A stretch of DNA of 64,000 nt, taken from positions 111,522 through 175,521 of the forward strand of contig CACGVI010000001.1 in assembly GCA_902576605.1 (NCBI GenBank), written 5' to 3'. Source of the stretch: an uncultured Candidatus Actinomarina sp. (GTDB lineage Bacteria > Actinomycetota > Acidimicrobiia > Actinomarinales > Actinomarinaceae). The position numbers were made by a program, and so were the translations under genes. Of the stretch, positions 1 to 9,312 are shown one piece after another. The stretch's first letter is position 1. Every line of letters begins with the position of its first letter. The notes under the pieces were generated by a model that worked only from the letters and a program-made list of their open reading frames with translations, did not search any database and had not been told where the DNA came from.

Positions 1-575
1 ATGAGATAGCAGAACATATGATTTTTCTATTACTCGCAGCTCACGATACAACTACGATAACACTTACCAACTCAATTTATAATCTCTCAAAAAATCCAAA
101 TTTTTTAAATGATCTACAACAAGAAGCGTCAGAAGTTGATCCGCTGGATATTTCATCACTTAAAAATGGAAATTTTGCGGAATCAATTTTTCAAGAAGCA
201 ATCAGATACTATCCTCCCGTTCCATTTTCAATAAGAAGGATTATGAGAGATACAAAAATTGGAGGTTATAACGTAGAAGGTGGTACTTATTTAACAATAA
301 GTCCTTTGTTGTTACATCATGATGAAAGGTATTGGGATAATCCATCAATATTTGATCCGTACAGGTTTATAGATCCAAGCTTTACAAATAAAGCTTATTT
401 TCCTTTTGCGGGTGGTGCACACACTTGTATCGGAAAGTTTTTTGCTAGTTATATGTTTAAAAATGTAATTTATAAATATGTGCAGAATGTTGAGCATCCT
501 TCAATAGATAAAAGTTTAAACATTAGACCCACTCCAATTCCTCATCCAATTGAAGATGTTAAAGTAACTATTTAA
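1..575 (+). CDS. cytochrome P450, C-terminal part (5' end upstream of window)
   Basis: The frame is open from base 3. It shows an I-helix-like AAHDTTT, ExxR (EAIR) and the heme-thiolate loop FPFAGGAHTCIG (FxxGxxxCxG). Confidence 0.85.
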   Translation, partial: EIAEHMIFLLLAAHDTTTITLTNSIYNLSKNPNFLNDLQQEASEVDPLDISSLKNGNFAESIFQEAIRYYPPVPFSIRRIMRDTKIGGYNVEGGTYLTISPLLLHHDERYWDNPSIFDPYRFIDPSFTNKAYFPFAGGAHTCIGKFFASYMFKNVIYKYVQNVEHPSIDKSLNIRPTPIPHPIEDVKVTI

Positions 576-1174
576 GACTCAATCATCTCCCACAAATGTA
601 AACAAGCAAAAGTTTTGTATGGATCCCATTTTTTCGCATAGGTTTCGAAGTTTGTTTGAGTTGCATCTTTGTCAACCATTCCAATCTGAATCATTGCTTG
701 TCTTAAAGCAGCATCACCATAAGAAAAAATATTCTTATTACGAATACAAAACATTTCAAACATATCAACACTCCAAGGTCCTATTCCAAAAATTTTTAAC
801 AATGACTTTTCTCTTTCAGCCTGACTAAGATTAAAAAATTTTTTCATTGATTCCATTTCAAGCCATCTGATTACTGCTTTAATTGATTTGGCTTTGTTCA
901 GGCTTAATCCTAAATTTTTAATCTGAGCAACACTAAGATTTTCAAAGTTTTCTACTTTAAAATTTTTTTCTTTAAAATTTTCCAACATTTTTTCCTTTAT
1001 GCTTTTGGCAGCCAGGGTGGAAATGAATTGTGAAATAATTATCTCTACAAAAGTATCAAAAGGATCTTTTTTACTCTTAGAGAATTTTATGGATCCATTA
1101 GTTTTAATAACTTTTGACAAAACTTTATCTCTTTTAATTAAAAATTTTTCTTCTGGAGTGAAATCAGAATTCAT
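572..1174 (-). CDS. DNA-3-methyladenine glycosylase II-like HhH-GPD base-excision enzyme
   Basis: Helix-hairpin-helix motif IFGIGPWSVDMFEMF followed by GDAALRQ (catalytic Asp region), typical of the AlkA family. Confidence 0.7.
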   Translation of the reverse strand: MNSDFTPEEKFLIKRDKVLSKVIKTNGSIKFSKSKKDPFDTFVEIIISQFISTLAAKSIKEKMLENFKEKNFKVENFENLSVAQIKNLGLSLNKAKSIKAVIRWLEMESMKKFFNLSQAEREKSLLKIFGIGPWSVDMFEMFCIRNKNIFSYGDAALRQAMIQIGMVDKDATQTNFETYAKKWDPYKTFACLHLWEMIES

Positions 1175-2353
1175 TCAGTCAATATCTAGTTTCTTTAATT
1201 TCTTTAAATTTAAGAACAAATATACACTTACAAGCATTCCTACAGTAACCAACCCTCTATATCCAATTAACAAATAAGAAAGCCCTAAGCTTGTGTGTGC
1301 CGTAAAACTACCGAGAAATACATAAGAATCACTACGAATATTTAAAGGTGTCTTAAATTTAATTGAAAATTTTGAAATAGCTGCACTGATTGCTACATAG
1401 TTGAAGTTCCAACCTAATCCAAGCAAATAAAGACCTATTTTTAGTGCAAGTGGTCCAGAATTAATAAATGTAGTTAAACAACTTATAAATAAAATTGCAG
1501 TGCCGACATAGGTAAAATTTTTGTAGCCGTATTTGTCAACATAATTTCCTAATATTGGTGAAAGCAAAAACATTCCAAGTGTGTGGTAACTAATAATTAC
1601 TCCAACTAATTCAACTGTTTCACCAATATCTTGAACATGGAGGGGTGTTGCTGACATAATTACTACCATCGTGAAATGATTTAGCACAAGAAGAAGTGTC
1701 AAAATATTTCCATCTTTTTTTGATTTAATTGCTTTCTCTGCAACTTCTTCTACTTCTGCTGGTTCTCGAAGTGAACTGTTTGAAGAGGTAAACGTCAAAA
1801 CTGATGCGGAGGCAAAAAGCATACCAACCATTGCAACTATATAACCAACAATTAATTCTGAGTTAAATAAATTATCAAAATAATCAGAGTAGACACTTAC
1901 CAATCTTGGTCCAAAAACTGATCCAAACACGGAAAACCAAACCGCAAGGGATAATGCTGTAGCTTTAAATTTTTCACTTGCAACAAATGATGCAGCATAT
2001 CTTGATTGAAGTGTTGCAGATTGTCCAAATCCAAGTATCAATGCTCCAATCATTAACAAAATAAAAGAGTCAATAATAAGACTGTAAAATAATACAACAC
2101 TCCCAATAGCTCCTATAAAAAAGGTCATTGACAACGCAGCAAGTCTTGAATATTTTTTTGAAATTTTATAAAACATTTGAGTTCCAAAAAATGCACCACC
2201 AACACCCACAGCATTTGGAAATCCAAGAAATAAAGGATTACTTGAGACCTCTCTTGCAGCTAATACAGTGACAGTGATTGCAGCTATGAAACCAATTGAT
2301 GAAAAGCCAACTGATAGTAAAAGACCAAATATTTTTTTGGCATCTGTAATCAT
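1175..2353 (-). CDS. MFS transporter
   Basis: 392 aa with about 12 hydrophobic spans in a 6+6 arrangement and a charged central loop (REPAEVEEVAEKAIKSKKD). Confidence 0.7.
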   Translation of the reverse strand: MITDAKKIFGLLLSVGFSSIGFIAAITVTVLAAREVSSNPLFLGFPNAVGVGGAFFGTQMFYKISKKYSRLAALSMTFFIGAIGSVVLFYSLIIDSFILLMIGALILGFGQSATLQSRYAASFVASEKFKATALSLAVWFSVFGSVFGPRLVSVYSDYFDNLFNSELIVGYIVAMVGMLFASASVLTFTSSNSSLREPAEVEEVAEKAIKSKKDGNILTLLLVLNHFTMVVIMSATPLHVQDIGETVELVGVIISYHTLGMFLLSPILGNYVDKYGYKNFTYVGTAILFISCLTTFINSGPLALKIGLYLLGLGWNFNYVAISAAISKFSIKFKTPLNIRSDSYVFLGSFTAHTSLGLSYLLIGYRGLVTVGMLVSVYLFLNLKKLKKLDID

Positions 2354-2435
2354 AGTTAAAGGTTAGCTAGAGAATTATTTAAAGTTTTCTTTGTCTATTG
2401 ATTGAAAAACATTTTATTTTAATTACCATGTTAAA

Positions 2436-2530
2436 TGCATAGAGAGAGGAATACCTCAGCAACCTAGTAGCCAACTAAGGTGCTTTTTGATGTGGTTAAA
2501 CAACAAAAATTGGCGTTCTAAAACTAGCAT
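2436..2530 (+). promoter_or_regulatory. SAM riboswitch (SAM-I clan; SAM-IV or SAM-I/IV-like) in the metK leader
   Basis: Core GCAUAGAGAGAGG-AAUA-CCUCAGCAACCUAG...CUAAGGUGCU...AUGU carries the conserved GCAACC and GGUGCU SAM-binding strands. It has the same architecture as the element at 3670 and lies upstream of metK. Confidence 0.7.
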
Positions 2531-2551
2531 AAATAACTTTGGAGGATTTAA

Positions 2552-3640
2552 TTGACAAAATATGTAACTGCTGAAACTGTGTCTCCGGGGCACCCAGATA
2601 AAATTGCGGACTTAATATCTGATTATGTTTTGACAAAGGCTCTAGAAAACAACAGTTCGTCAAGAGTAGCAGTCGAGACTTTTCTTACCGGGACAAAGAA
2701 TGGCGGTTTAGTTCTTGTAGGAGGAGAAATCAGTGAAATCGCATCAATATCTACTGATGATGTTATTGAAATTGTGAAAGAGGCCTTAAAAATAACTATC
2801 AAGACTAGCTTTGAAGATTTTGATTTAGAAAATCTATCAATATATAACGAATTAACACCACAATCTGAAGAAATTCGTGCAGCTGTTGAAGACGATGAAG
2901 ATCAAGGTGCTGGCGATCAAGGAATAATGGTAGGATTTGCCACTAACAAAACAAAATCATTTATGCCTCCAACATTTGATATGTCTAGAAATATACAAAT
3001 ATCTTTATGGGAACTTCAAAACTCAGATGAGATGCTTGATCTTGATTCAAAAGTTCAGGTAACTAGTGGAGGAGAAAAAACAAAAGTTGTAGTTTCAACC
3101 CAGCACAATAAAGATATTGATATGGAGAAATTATTTGAAAAGGTTTCTGATATTGTTGCTAGTAATGTTGAATCTGAATTTGAATTAGATTTGAACCCAT
3201 CTGGATCATTCGTTAAAGGAGGTCCAGCTGGCGACACAGGACTTACAGGTAGAAAAATAGTAGTCGATGCTTACGGTCCTTCTGTACCAGTCGGCGGAGG
3301 AGCATTTTCAGGAAAAGATCCGAGTAAAGTTGATAGATCAGCTGCTTATGCTGCGCGACATTTAGCAAAAAATATTGTTGCACATAAATTAGCAGACGAT
3401 TGTTTAGTCAGGGTGTCGTATGCAATAGGCAAAGCTGATCCGTATGAGCTTACAATAGAAACTTTCGACACACTTAAAGTTGAACAAAGCAAATTAGATG
3501 ATTTTGTTAACAAGTTTGACATGAAACCGGGAGCTATTATTGAAAGGCTAGATCTAACTAACGTAGATTACAGAAAAGATACTTTATTTTCTCATTTTGG
3601 ACATGCTGAAAGAAATTGGGAAAATATAGAAAATATTTAA
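2552..3640 (+). CDS. metK: S-adenosylmethionine synthase
   Basis: N-terminal ETVSPGHPDKIADLISD, GAGDQGIM and GGGAFSGKDPSKVDRSAAY signatures. TTG start 6 nt after GGAGG. Confidence 0.95.
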   Translation: MTKYVTAETVSPGHPDKIADLISDYVLTKALENNSSSRVAVETFLTGTKNGGLVLVGGEISEIASISTDDVIEIVKEALKITIKTSFEDFDLENLSIYNELTPQSEEIRAAVEDDEDQGAGDQGIMVGFATNKTKSFMPPTFDMSRNIQISLWELQNSDEMLDLDSKVQVTSGGEKTKVVVSTQHNKDIDMEKLFEKVSDIVASNVESEFELDLNPSGSFVKGGPAGDTGLTGRKIVVDAYGPSVPVGGGAFSGKDPSKVDRSAAYAARHLAKNIVAHKLADDCLVRVSYAIGKADPYELTIETFDTLKVEQSKLDDFVNKFDMKPGAIIERLDLTNVDYRKDTLFSHFGHAERNWENIENI

Positions 3641-3669
3641 ACATTTTTAAATCATTTGATATAATTTGA

Positions 3670-3784
3670 GGAACATAAAGAGAAGGTAAAGACCTCGGCA
3701 ACCTGGAAGACTATCCAAGGTGCTTGAAGATGTGGCAGAGATGCAACTAAGTAGTCAAAATCTTCTCCAAATTTAAGGAGAGAA
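3670..3784 (+). promoter_or_regulatory. SAM riboswitch (same class as 2436) in the metY-metX leader
   Basis: ACAUAAAGAGAAGG-UAAAGA-CCUCGGCAACCUGG...CCAAGGUGCU...AUGU. A downstream UCUUCUCC can pair with the GGAGAGA Shine-Dalgarno sequence, suggesting translational control. Confidence 0.7.
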
Positions 3785-3785
3785 A

Positions 3786-5066
3786 ATGAAATTTAATTCA
3801 AAGCTAATACATGCAGGTTGGGATTCAGATGCAGATTCAGAAGGTTCCATAACTGTTCCTATTTATAAAACAACAGCATATCAATTTAACAATACAGAGC
3901 ATGCCGCAAATCTATTTGGTTTAAAAGAGTTTGGAAATATATATTCAAGACTAGGCAATCCTACAGTTGGAGCACTTGAAGCAAGACTAACCGCACTAGA
4001 AGAGGGCGCTATGTGTGTTGCACTCTCATCAGGAACTTCTGCAGTAATGTATTCACTTATAAATATCATGAGTCAAGGGGATAATTTTGTCACCGCTAAC
4101 CAGCTTTATGGTGGAACTTATACAATGTTTGACAACATACTTCCTGAATATGGTATTGATTCAAAGAAAGTTGATATTACAGATTTAGCAGCAGTTGAAA
4201 GTGCGATCGATGATAAAACTAGAGCAATATATTGTGAAACAATAACAAATCCAGGTTTAGTTGTCGCTGACATTTCAGCTCTATCTGATATTGCACATTC
4301 GAAAGGAATCCCATTAATAGTTGATGCAACATTTACTACTTCAGCTATATTAAAGCCTTTTGAGTATGGAGCGGATATTGTGGTTTACTCATTAACAAAA
4401 TGGATGTCCGGACATGGAAGGGTTATTGCTGGTGCAGTTATTGAAAAAGGAGGTTTTGACTGGGGTAATGGAAACTTTCCTTTGTATGATAAGCCAGATA
4501 CCAGTTATGGTGGTATGAGATGGGGTCATGATTTAGGTGATTTAGGAAACGTTGCTTATTCATTAAGACTGAGAACAGTTCCTCTAAGAAACCTTGGAGC
4601 AAACATGGGACCTGAAACTGCTTTTGAAGTTTTGAGTGGTCTTGAAACATTAGGTCTTAGAATGGAACGACACTGTGAAAACGCAAAAAAAGCAGCAGAG
4701 TATTTATCAAAACATGAGCTAGTTGAATGGGTAAGGTTTCCAGGGTTGAAAGATGATCCTGCTTATGAGTTATCAGAGAAATATCTAAAAGGCACAGGCG
4801 GAACAATGGTTGTGTTTGGTATTAAAGGTGGAAAAGATGCTGGTCAGAAGTTTATAGACAACCTAAAAATGTTCAGACATGTGGCAAATGTTGGAGATAC
4901 TAGATCTCTTGCAATACATCCAGCTTCTACCACACACTCACAGCTCGATGATGAGCAACTTGTTGCAGCTGGTGCACCACCTGAACTTGTTAGGCTATCA
5001 ATTGGTATTGAAGATATTGAGGATATAATTGAAGACTTAACTCAAGCTCTTGAAAGTACAAAGTAA
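3786..5066 (+). CDS. metY: O-acetylhomoserine sulfhydrylase (PLP-dependent)
   Basis: Cys/Met-metabolism PLP family with PLP-lysine motif YSLTKWMSGHG. C-terminal LVRLSIGIEDIEDII. Confidence 0.9.
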   Translation: MKFNSKLIHAGWDSDADSEGSITVPIYKTTAYQFNNTEHAANLFGLKEFGNIYSRLGNPTVGALEARLTALEEGAMCVALSSGTSAVMYSLINIMSQGDNFVTANQLYGGTYTMFDNILPEYGIDSKKVDITDLAAVESAIDDKTRAIYCETITNPGLVVADISALSDIAHSKGIPLIVDATFTTSAILKPFEYGADIVVYSLTKWMSGHGRVIAGAVIEKGGFDWGNGNFPLYDKPDTSYGGMRWGHDLGDLGNVAYSLRLRTVPLRNLGANMGPETAFEVLSGLETLGLRMERHCENAKKAAEYLSKHELVEWVRFPGLKDDPAYELSEKYLKGTGGTMVVFGIKGGKDAGQKFIDNLKMFRHVANVGDTRSLAIHPASTTHSQLDDEQLVAAGAPPELVRLSIGIEDIEDIIEDLTQALESTK

Positions 5067-6129
5067 TTCTGGCAAGTTTTACATTCCACAATTAGAACTT
5101 GATTCAGGTGAATTATTAGAGAATGTAGAGATTGCATATACAACTGAAGGACGTCTATCAGAAAGTAAAGACAACGCAATACTTGTCTTTCATGCACTTA
5201 CTGGAAGCCACATGCTGGCTGGTAAATATCAACAATTAGACAATCCTAATATACCCTGGAATGAAGAATTAGAAACAGGGTGGTGGGATGGCTTTGTCGG
5301 GCCTAATAAAATAATTGATACAAATAGATATTTTGTTGTTTGTGCAAATTATTTGGGAGGTTGTTACGGCTCGACTGGTCCAAGTTCTACTAATAACAGT
5401 ACAAATGAAAAGTATGGTTATGATTTTCCATTAGTTTCATTTAAAGACATTGAGATATCACAAAAATTACTTTTAGATTACTTAAATGTCGAATCTCTAG
5501 AAGCTGTTGTAGGACCTTCTATAGGTGGGTTAATGGCACTTGAGTTTTGTACTATGTATCCAAAATATGTAAAAAAACTTATTTCTATTTCAAGTGGATA
5601 CAAACTTTCCACACTCCAGACCTTACATAATCTTGAACAGGCATATATTTTGGATTTAGGAAAAGATTCAAATAATCGCAATATTGAATACTTGTCACTT
5701 GCAAGAATGGTTGCTCATAAAACATATATATCTCTAGAGTTGCTTTCCAATAGAGCAAAAAGTGAAACTTTATATGATGATGATTTAATTAAAGGATTTC
5801 TTTCTACACCTCAAGAGTCATACATGATGCATCAAGGAGAAAAGTTTATAGAAAGATTTACACCAGAATCATACCTTTCCATAATTAAGGGATGGCAAAA
5901 TTTTAAAATTGAACAAGAAGATTTTAATAAATTAAAAGATATTGAAACATTAGTAATATCGGTGGATTCGGATGTTTGTTTTTATCCTGATGAACAAAAA
6001 GAGTTTTTAGAAATTTTAAATAATTACCAAATTAAAACTACATATGCAACTATCAATTCCACTAAAGGACACGATGCTTTTTTATTAGAACCTGAATTGT
6101 TTGAAAATTCTCTTAAAAACTTCTTATAA
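5050..6129 (+). CDS. metX: homoserine O-acetyltransferase
   Basis: MetX pattern: NAILVFHALTGSH, nucleophile elbow GPSIGG, C-terminal GHDAFLLE. Adjacent to metY. TTG start, so the start is uncertain. Confidence 0.88.
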   Translation: MKVQSNSGKFYIPQLELDSGELLENVEIAYTTEGRLSESKDNAILVFHALTGSHMLAGKYQQLDNPNIPWNEELETGWWDGFVGPNKIIDTNRYFVVCANYLGGCYGSTGPSSTNNSTNEKYGYDFPLVSFKDIEISQKLLLDYLNVESLEAVVGPSIGGLMALEFCTMYPKYVKKLISISSGYKLSTLQTLHNLEQAYILDLGKDSNNRNIEYLSLARMVAHKTYISLELLSNRAKSETLYDDDLIKGFLSTPQESYMMHQGEKFIERFTPESYLSIIKGWQNFKIEQEDFNKLKDIETLVISVDSDVCFYPDEQKEFLEILNNYQIKTTYATINSTKGHDAFLLEPELFENSLKNFL

Positions 6130-6193
6130 CTTCGCGAAAAATACCTTAGTAATTTTCTTGCATAAGAACAAAAACTAACGTATATTTATAGAA

Positions 6194-6280
6194 CACTATC
6201 GGAAAAGAAATCGCAAGATAGAAAAGAAGATAGAACAGAAAATCCCGAAGGGTCGCAAGATCAATCGGGATTTTTGCTTT
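6194..6280 (+). ncRNA. candidate small RNA (orphan promoter-to-terminator unit, no ORF)
   Basis: TTGCAT (6159-6164), a 17-nt spacer and TATATT (6182-6187), followed about 55 nt later by a hairpin plus T-run. The interval contains no ATG. Confidence 0.3.
6241..6280 (+). terminator. rho-independent terminator-like hairpin
   Basis: AAUCCCGA ... UCGGGAUU stem (8 bp, 16-nt loop) followed by UUUUUGCUUUUU. Confidence 0.5.
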
Positions 6281-6315
6281 TTGCAGTGAAAATAAATCGA
6301 AATTAAAATTTAAGT

Positions 6316-7155
6316 ATGAAACTCTACCTAGTTGATGGCACTTATGAACTTTTTAGGGCACATTTTGGTTATCCAAGTAGAAAGACGAAACATGGAAAAG
6401 AAGTAGGTGCACTAAAAGGATATATATACCACCTGCAATCCTTGAAAAAAAAATATGAATATATAGGTGTTGCATTTGATTCAGAAGTTGAATCTTTTAG
6501 AAATGAAATTTATAACGAGTACAAATCTAGTAAAAATATTGATAAAGAAATATTAGATCAATTCCCTTTGGCTGAAAAAGTTACAGAACTACTAGGACTT
6601 ACCTTATTATCAATGGACTATTATGAAGCAGATGATGCTATTGCGTCTGTATGTGAGTTATTTAAAAATGATAATTTAGAAATTATTATTGGATCATTAG
6701 ATAAAGATCTAATGCAATGTCTTGATGTTAAAAATATTTCAATGTACTCCACTAGGTATAAATCTTTCACAACAGGAGATGATGTTTATAAGAAATTTGG
6801 TGTACATCCTCAACAAATACCAGACTTTCTAGCACTTGTTGGGGACTCCTCTGATGGCATTCCAGGTATGAATGGTATTGGTGAAAAGACTGCATCAGTG
6901 CTACTTGAAGAGTATGAAAACATTGAAAATATTTATCAAAATTTAAATATCTGGAAAAACAATATTAGAGGTGGAGAAAGACATGCAAACACAATTTATG
7001 AAAACTATGAATTGCTTAAGTTATTTAAAAGCCTTACTACTTTGAGATTGGACGTTAAAGTACCAAAAAAAATAGAAAAATATTCTTTATCTAAACTCAG
7101 CTCTGATGAATTAAAAAAATTTTCTGCAAAATATCAACTTAATATTAATTTTTAA
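6316..7155 (+). CDS. 5'-3' exonuclease / flap endonuclease (Pol I N-terminal-domain-like)
   Basis: LVDGTYELFRAHF, YEADDAIAS and H3TH motif GDSSDGIPGMNGIGEKTA. Confidence 0.85.
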   Translation: MKLYLVDGTYELFRAHFGYPSRKTKHGKEVGALKGYIYHLQSLKKKYEYIGVAFDSEVESFRNEIYNEYKSSKNIDKEILDQFPLAEKVTELLGLTLLSMDYYEADDAIASVCELFKNDNLEIIIGSLDKDLMQCLDVKNISMYSTRYKSFTTGDDVYKKFGVHPQQIPDFLALVGDSSDGIPGMNGIGEKTASVLLEEYENIENIYQNLNIWKNNIRGGERHANTIYENYELLKLFKSLTTLRLDVKVPKKIEKYSLSKLSSDELKKFSAKYQLNINF

Positions 7156-7194
7156 AATCTTTATATTTTTTCAAACTTTTACTAGTCTCATAAT

Positions 7195-7488
7195 GTGAAA
7201 AAATTTGTATTTGTACTTGGTTTGTTTTTAGTCATGACACCAGCAATCTCTGCGTTAGCTGATGATCATGTTGAGGAAAATGAAAACCAACAGGGAACAA
7301 CGAATGAGAACCTGCCGGTACCCGCAATAGTTATAGAGGAACCACCAGAGCAGATAGAGGATGTAGCTTGGACTTACAGGTTTTTAATTCCAACTACTGT
7401 TGCGATAGCTACTCTAGTGATTCTTGGAAATGTCATTCAGTACTTCAGACAAGTAACAAGAAAAAGATACAAAGTTATAGAAAAATAA
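7195..7488 (+). CDS. hypothetical secreted, membrane-anchored protein
   Basis: Signal peptide (MKKFVFVLGLFLVMTPAISALA), acidic linker, C-terminal TM helix and basic tail. GTG start. Confidence 0.5.
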   Translation: MKKFVFVLGLFLVMTPAISALADDHVEENENQQGTTNENLPVPAIVIEEPPEQIEDVAWTYRFLIPTTVAIATLVILGNVIQYFRQVTRKRYKVIEK

Positions 7489-7503
7489 ATTAGTCTTCTT
7501 GTA

Positions 7504-8769
7504 ATGACTGAAATTGAAAACAAAATTACTAATTTGCTTAATCCAACTCAAAACTATGTTGTTGCATTAAGCGGAGGTGTTGATAGCTCAGTATTACTTC
7601 ATATAGTGGGTGCATATACATCAAACGTCAGGAGTATTTTTGTTAATCACAATCAAAAAGATTCGGACAAACTTCAAAAATCAGCTGAAAGTATTGCTAA
7701 AGATTTAGGCATCGTTCATTTGAATGTAGATACTCAGTTAGATTCTGATTCGTCAGAAACAAAAATGAGAGAAGCAAGGTACGAAGCATTATTTAATAAT
7801 ATGCAACAAGATGAAATTCTTTTACTTGGACACCATAGTGATGATAGAGTAGAAACTTTTATGATAAATCTATTCAGAGGGACAAGACTTAAAGGCCTAC
7901 TTTCTATAAAACAAAAAACAAAAAGTATTTTAAGACCACTAATTGATATTAAAAAGTCTTCAATCATTAAATATGCACAGGATAAAAAAATAAATTTTTT
8001 TGAGGACTCTACAAACAAAGACAACTCAATTTTACGGAATTGGTTAAGGAATGAAATTATTCCTAGCATTGAAAAGAATTTCAAAGGAGATTTAAATAAC
8101 AAAATACAAGGTTTAATTTATGAAATAGATGAACTAACAAAAATTGATAAAAACCTAATCTCGTATATCAAAACTGCAAAAGGATATGTAGAAGTTCCAA
8201 TTTCACTCATTGATAAGAACAATCCTACGTCTTATTATTTGCTGTCAACAATATCTCAATATATTGGACAAAGAGGATTACAAAGTTCCGATATTAAAAA
8301 AATACTTTCTGTCATTGAAAAAAATATCAGAAAAAGCTTTTTTGAAAAATGGGAAGTTTCAACTCAAAGTGGACTTCTTATATTTGTGAATAAAGAAAAA
8401 TGGACAGACAGTGGATTTTTGTTGGAACCAAAAGGCTACTTTAAGTTCGAAAAATACAATTCTATCGACACTTTGAACAATTGGTCTATATCATTACCAA
8501 AATACCTAGAAAATGATATTTATTTTTGTGAAATTTCTGATGGAGATTTACTCAAAACAGGTAGTCATAACCAAAAAGCATCTGAAATATTTCGTTCGTA
8601 TGGAGTAAATAAGTCACTTCGAGAGGTCTGGCCAGTTCTTAAACTGAAAGATACTATTCTATGGATACCTGGAATAAGAAAATCTAGTGAGGGAAACTGG
8701 TTGGAAACACAAAAAGATAAATTTATAATAAGTGCTTCTACAGAAAAGGTTAGTATTGAAAATTTCTAA
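7504..8769 (+). CDS. tilS: tRNA(Ile)-lysidine synthase
   Basis: PP-loop ALSGGVDSSVLLH. Sits upstream of hpt-ftsH, as in other Actinobacteria. Confidence 0.9.
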   Translation: MTEIENKITNLLNPTQNYVVALSGGVDSSVLLHIVGAYTSNVRSIFVNHNQKDSDKLQKSAESIAKDLGIVHLNVDTQLDSDSSETKMREARYEALFNNMQQDEILLLGHHSDDRVETFMINLFRGTRLKGLLSIKQKTKSILRPLIDIKKSSIIKYAQDKKINFFEDSTNKDNSILRNWLRNEIIPSIEKNFKGDLNNKIQGLIYEIDELTKIDKNLISYIKTAKGYVEVPISLIDKNNPTSYYLLSTISQYIGQRGLQSSDIKKILSVIEKNIRKSFFEKWEVSTQSGLLIFVNKEKWTDSGFLLEPKGYFKFEKYNSIDTLNNWSISLPKYLENDIYFCEISDGDLLKTGSHNQKASEIFRSYGVNKSLREVWPVLKLKDTILWIPGIRKSSEGNWLETQKDKFIISASTEKVSIENF

Positions 8770-9268
8770 AACTTTAATATCGCAAGAAGAAATAGAAAAT
8801 AAAATTTCCGAAATTGCAGAAATAATAAATAGTAAGTATATAGGCGAAGAACTGGTAGTTGTTGGTATTCTCAAAGGAGCTTTTATAGTTGTAAGCGATC
8901 TTGCCAAGCAACTTGATGTAGATGTAACCTTTGACTTTATGAGTATTAAATCATATTACGGATCTGAATCTTCTGGACAAATTAAAATAGTTAAAGATTT
9001 GGAGTATGATATTTCAAATAAAAATATTTTGATTGTAGAAGACATCTATGACACAGGATTAACTCTTTCAAACTTAAAAAAATTGCTTGAATCTAGAAAT
9101 CCAAAAAATATTGAAATTTTTTGTATGTTTGTTAAAAAAGGAATTTCAAAAGACCCAATTGAAATCGACTATAGTGGATTCGAAATTGGCCCTGAGTTTG
9201 TGGTGGGTTATGGTTTAGATTACAACGGAAAATATAGGGAATTGCCTTATTTGGCGGTTCTCTCTTAA
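8756..9268 (+). CDS. hpt: hypoxanthine-guanine phosphoribosyltransferase
   Basis: PRPP-binding motif [13 protein letters not shown] and C-terminal [17 protein letters not shown] prefer the TTG at 8756 (AAAGG 7 nt upstream) over the GTG at 8732, but the start is uncertain. Confidence 0.88.
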   Translation: MKISKTLISQEEIENKISEIAEIINSKYIGEELVVVGILKGAFIVVSDLAKQLDVDVTFDFMSIKSYYGSESSGQIKIVKDLEYDISNKNILIVEDIYDTGLTLSNLKKLLESRNPKNIEIFCMFVKKGISKDPIEIDYSGFEIGPEFVVGYGLDYNGKYRELPYLAVLS

Positions 9269-9312
9269 ATCTCAGTATTGCTTTTAAACCCAAGAGTATT
9301 AAATTAAATAAG

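Noticed and set aside
8526-8543. Rex half-site-like TTGTGAAATTTC inside tilS
   Set aside because: Only the left half matches (the right half reads TTTCTGAT rather than TTCACAA), and it is intragenic.
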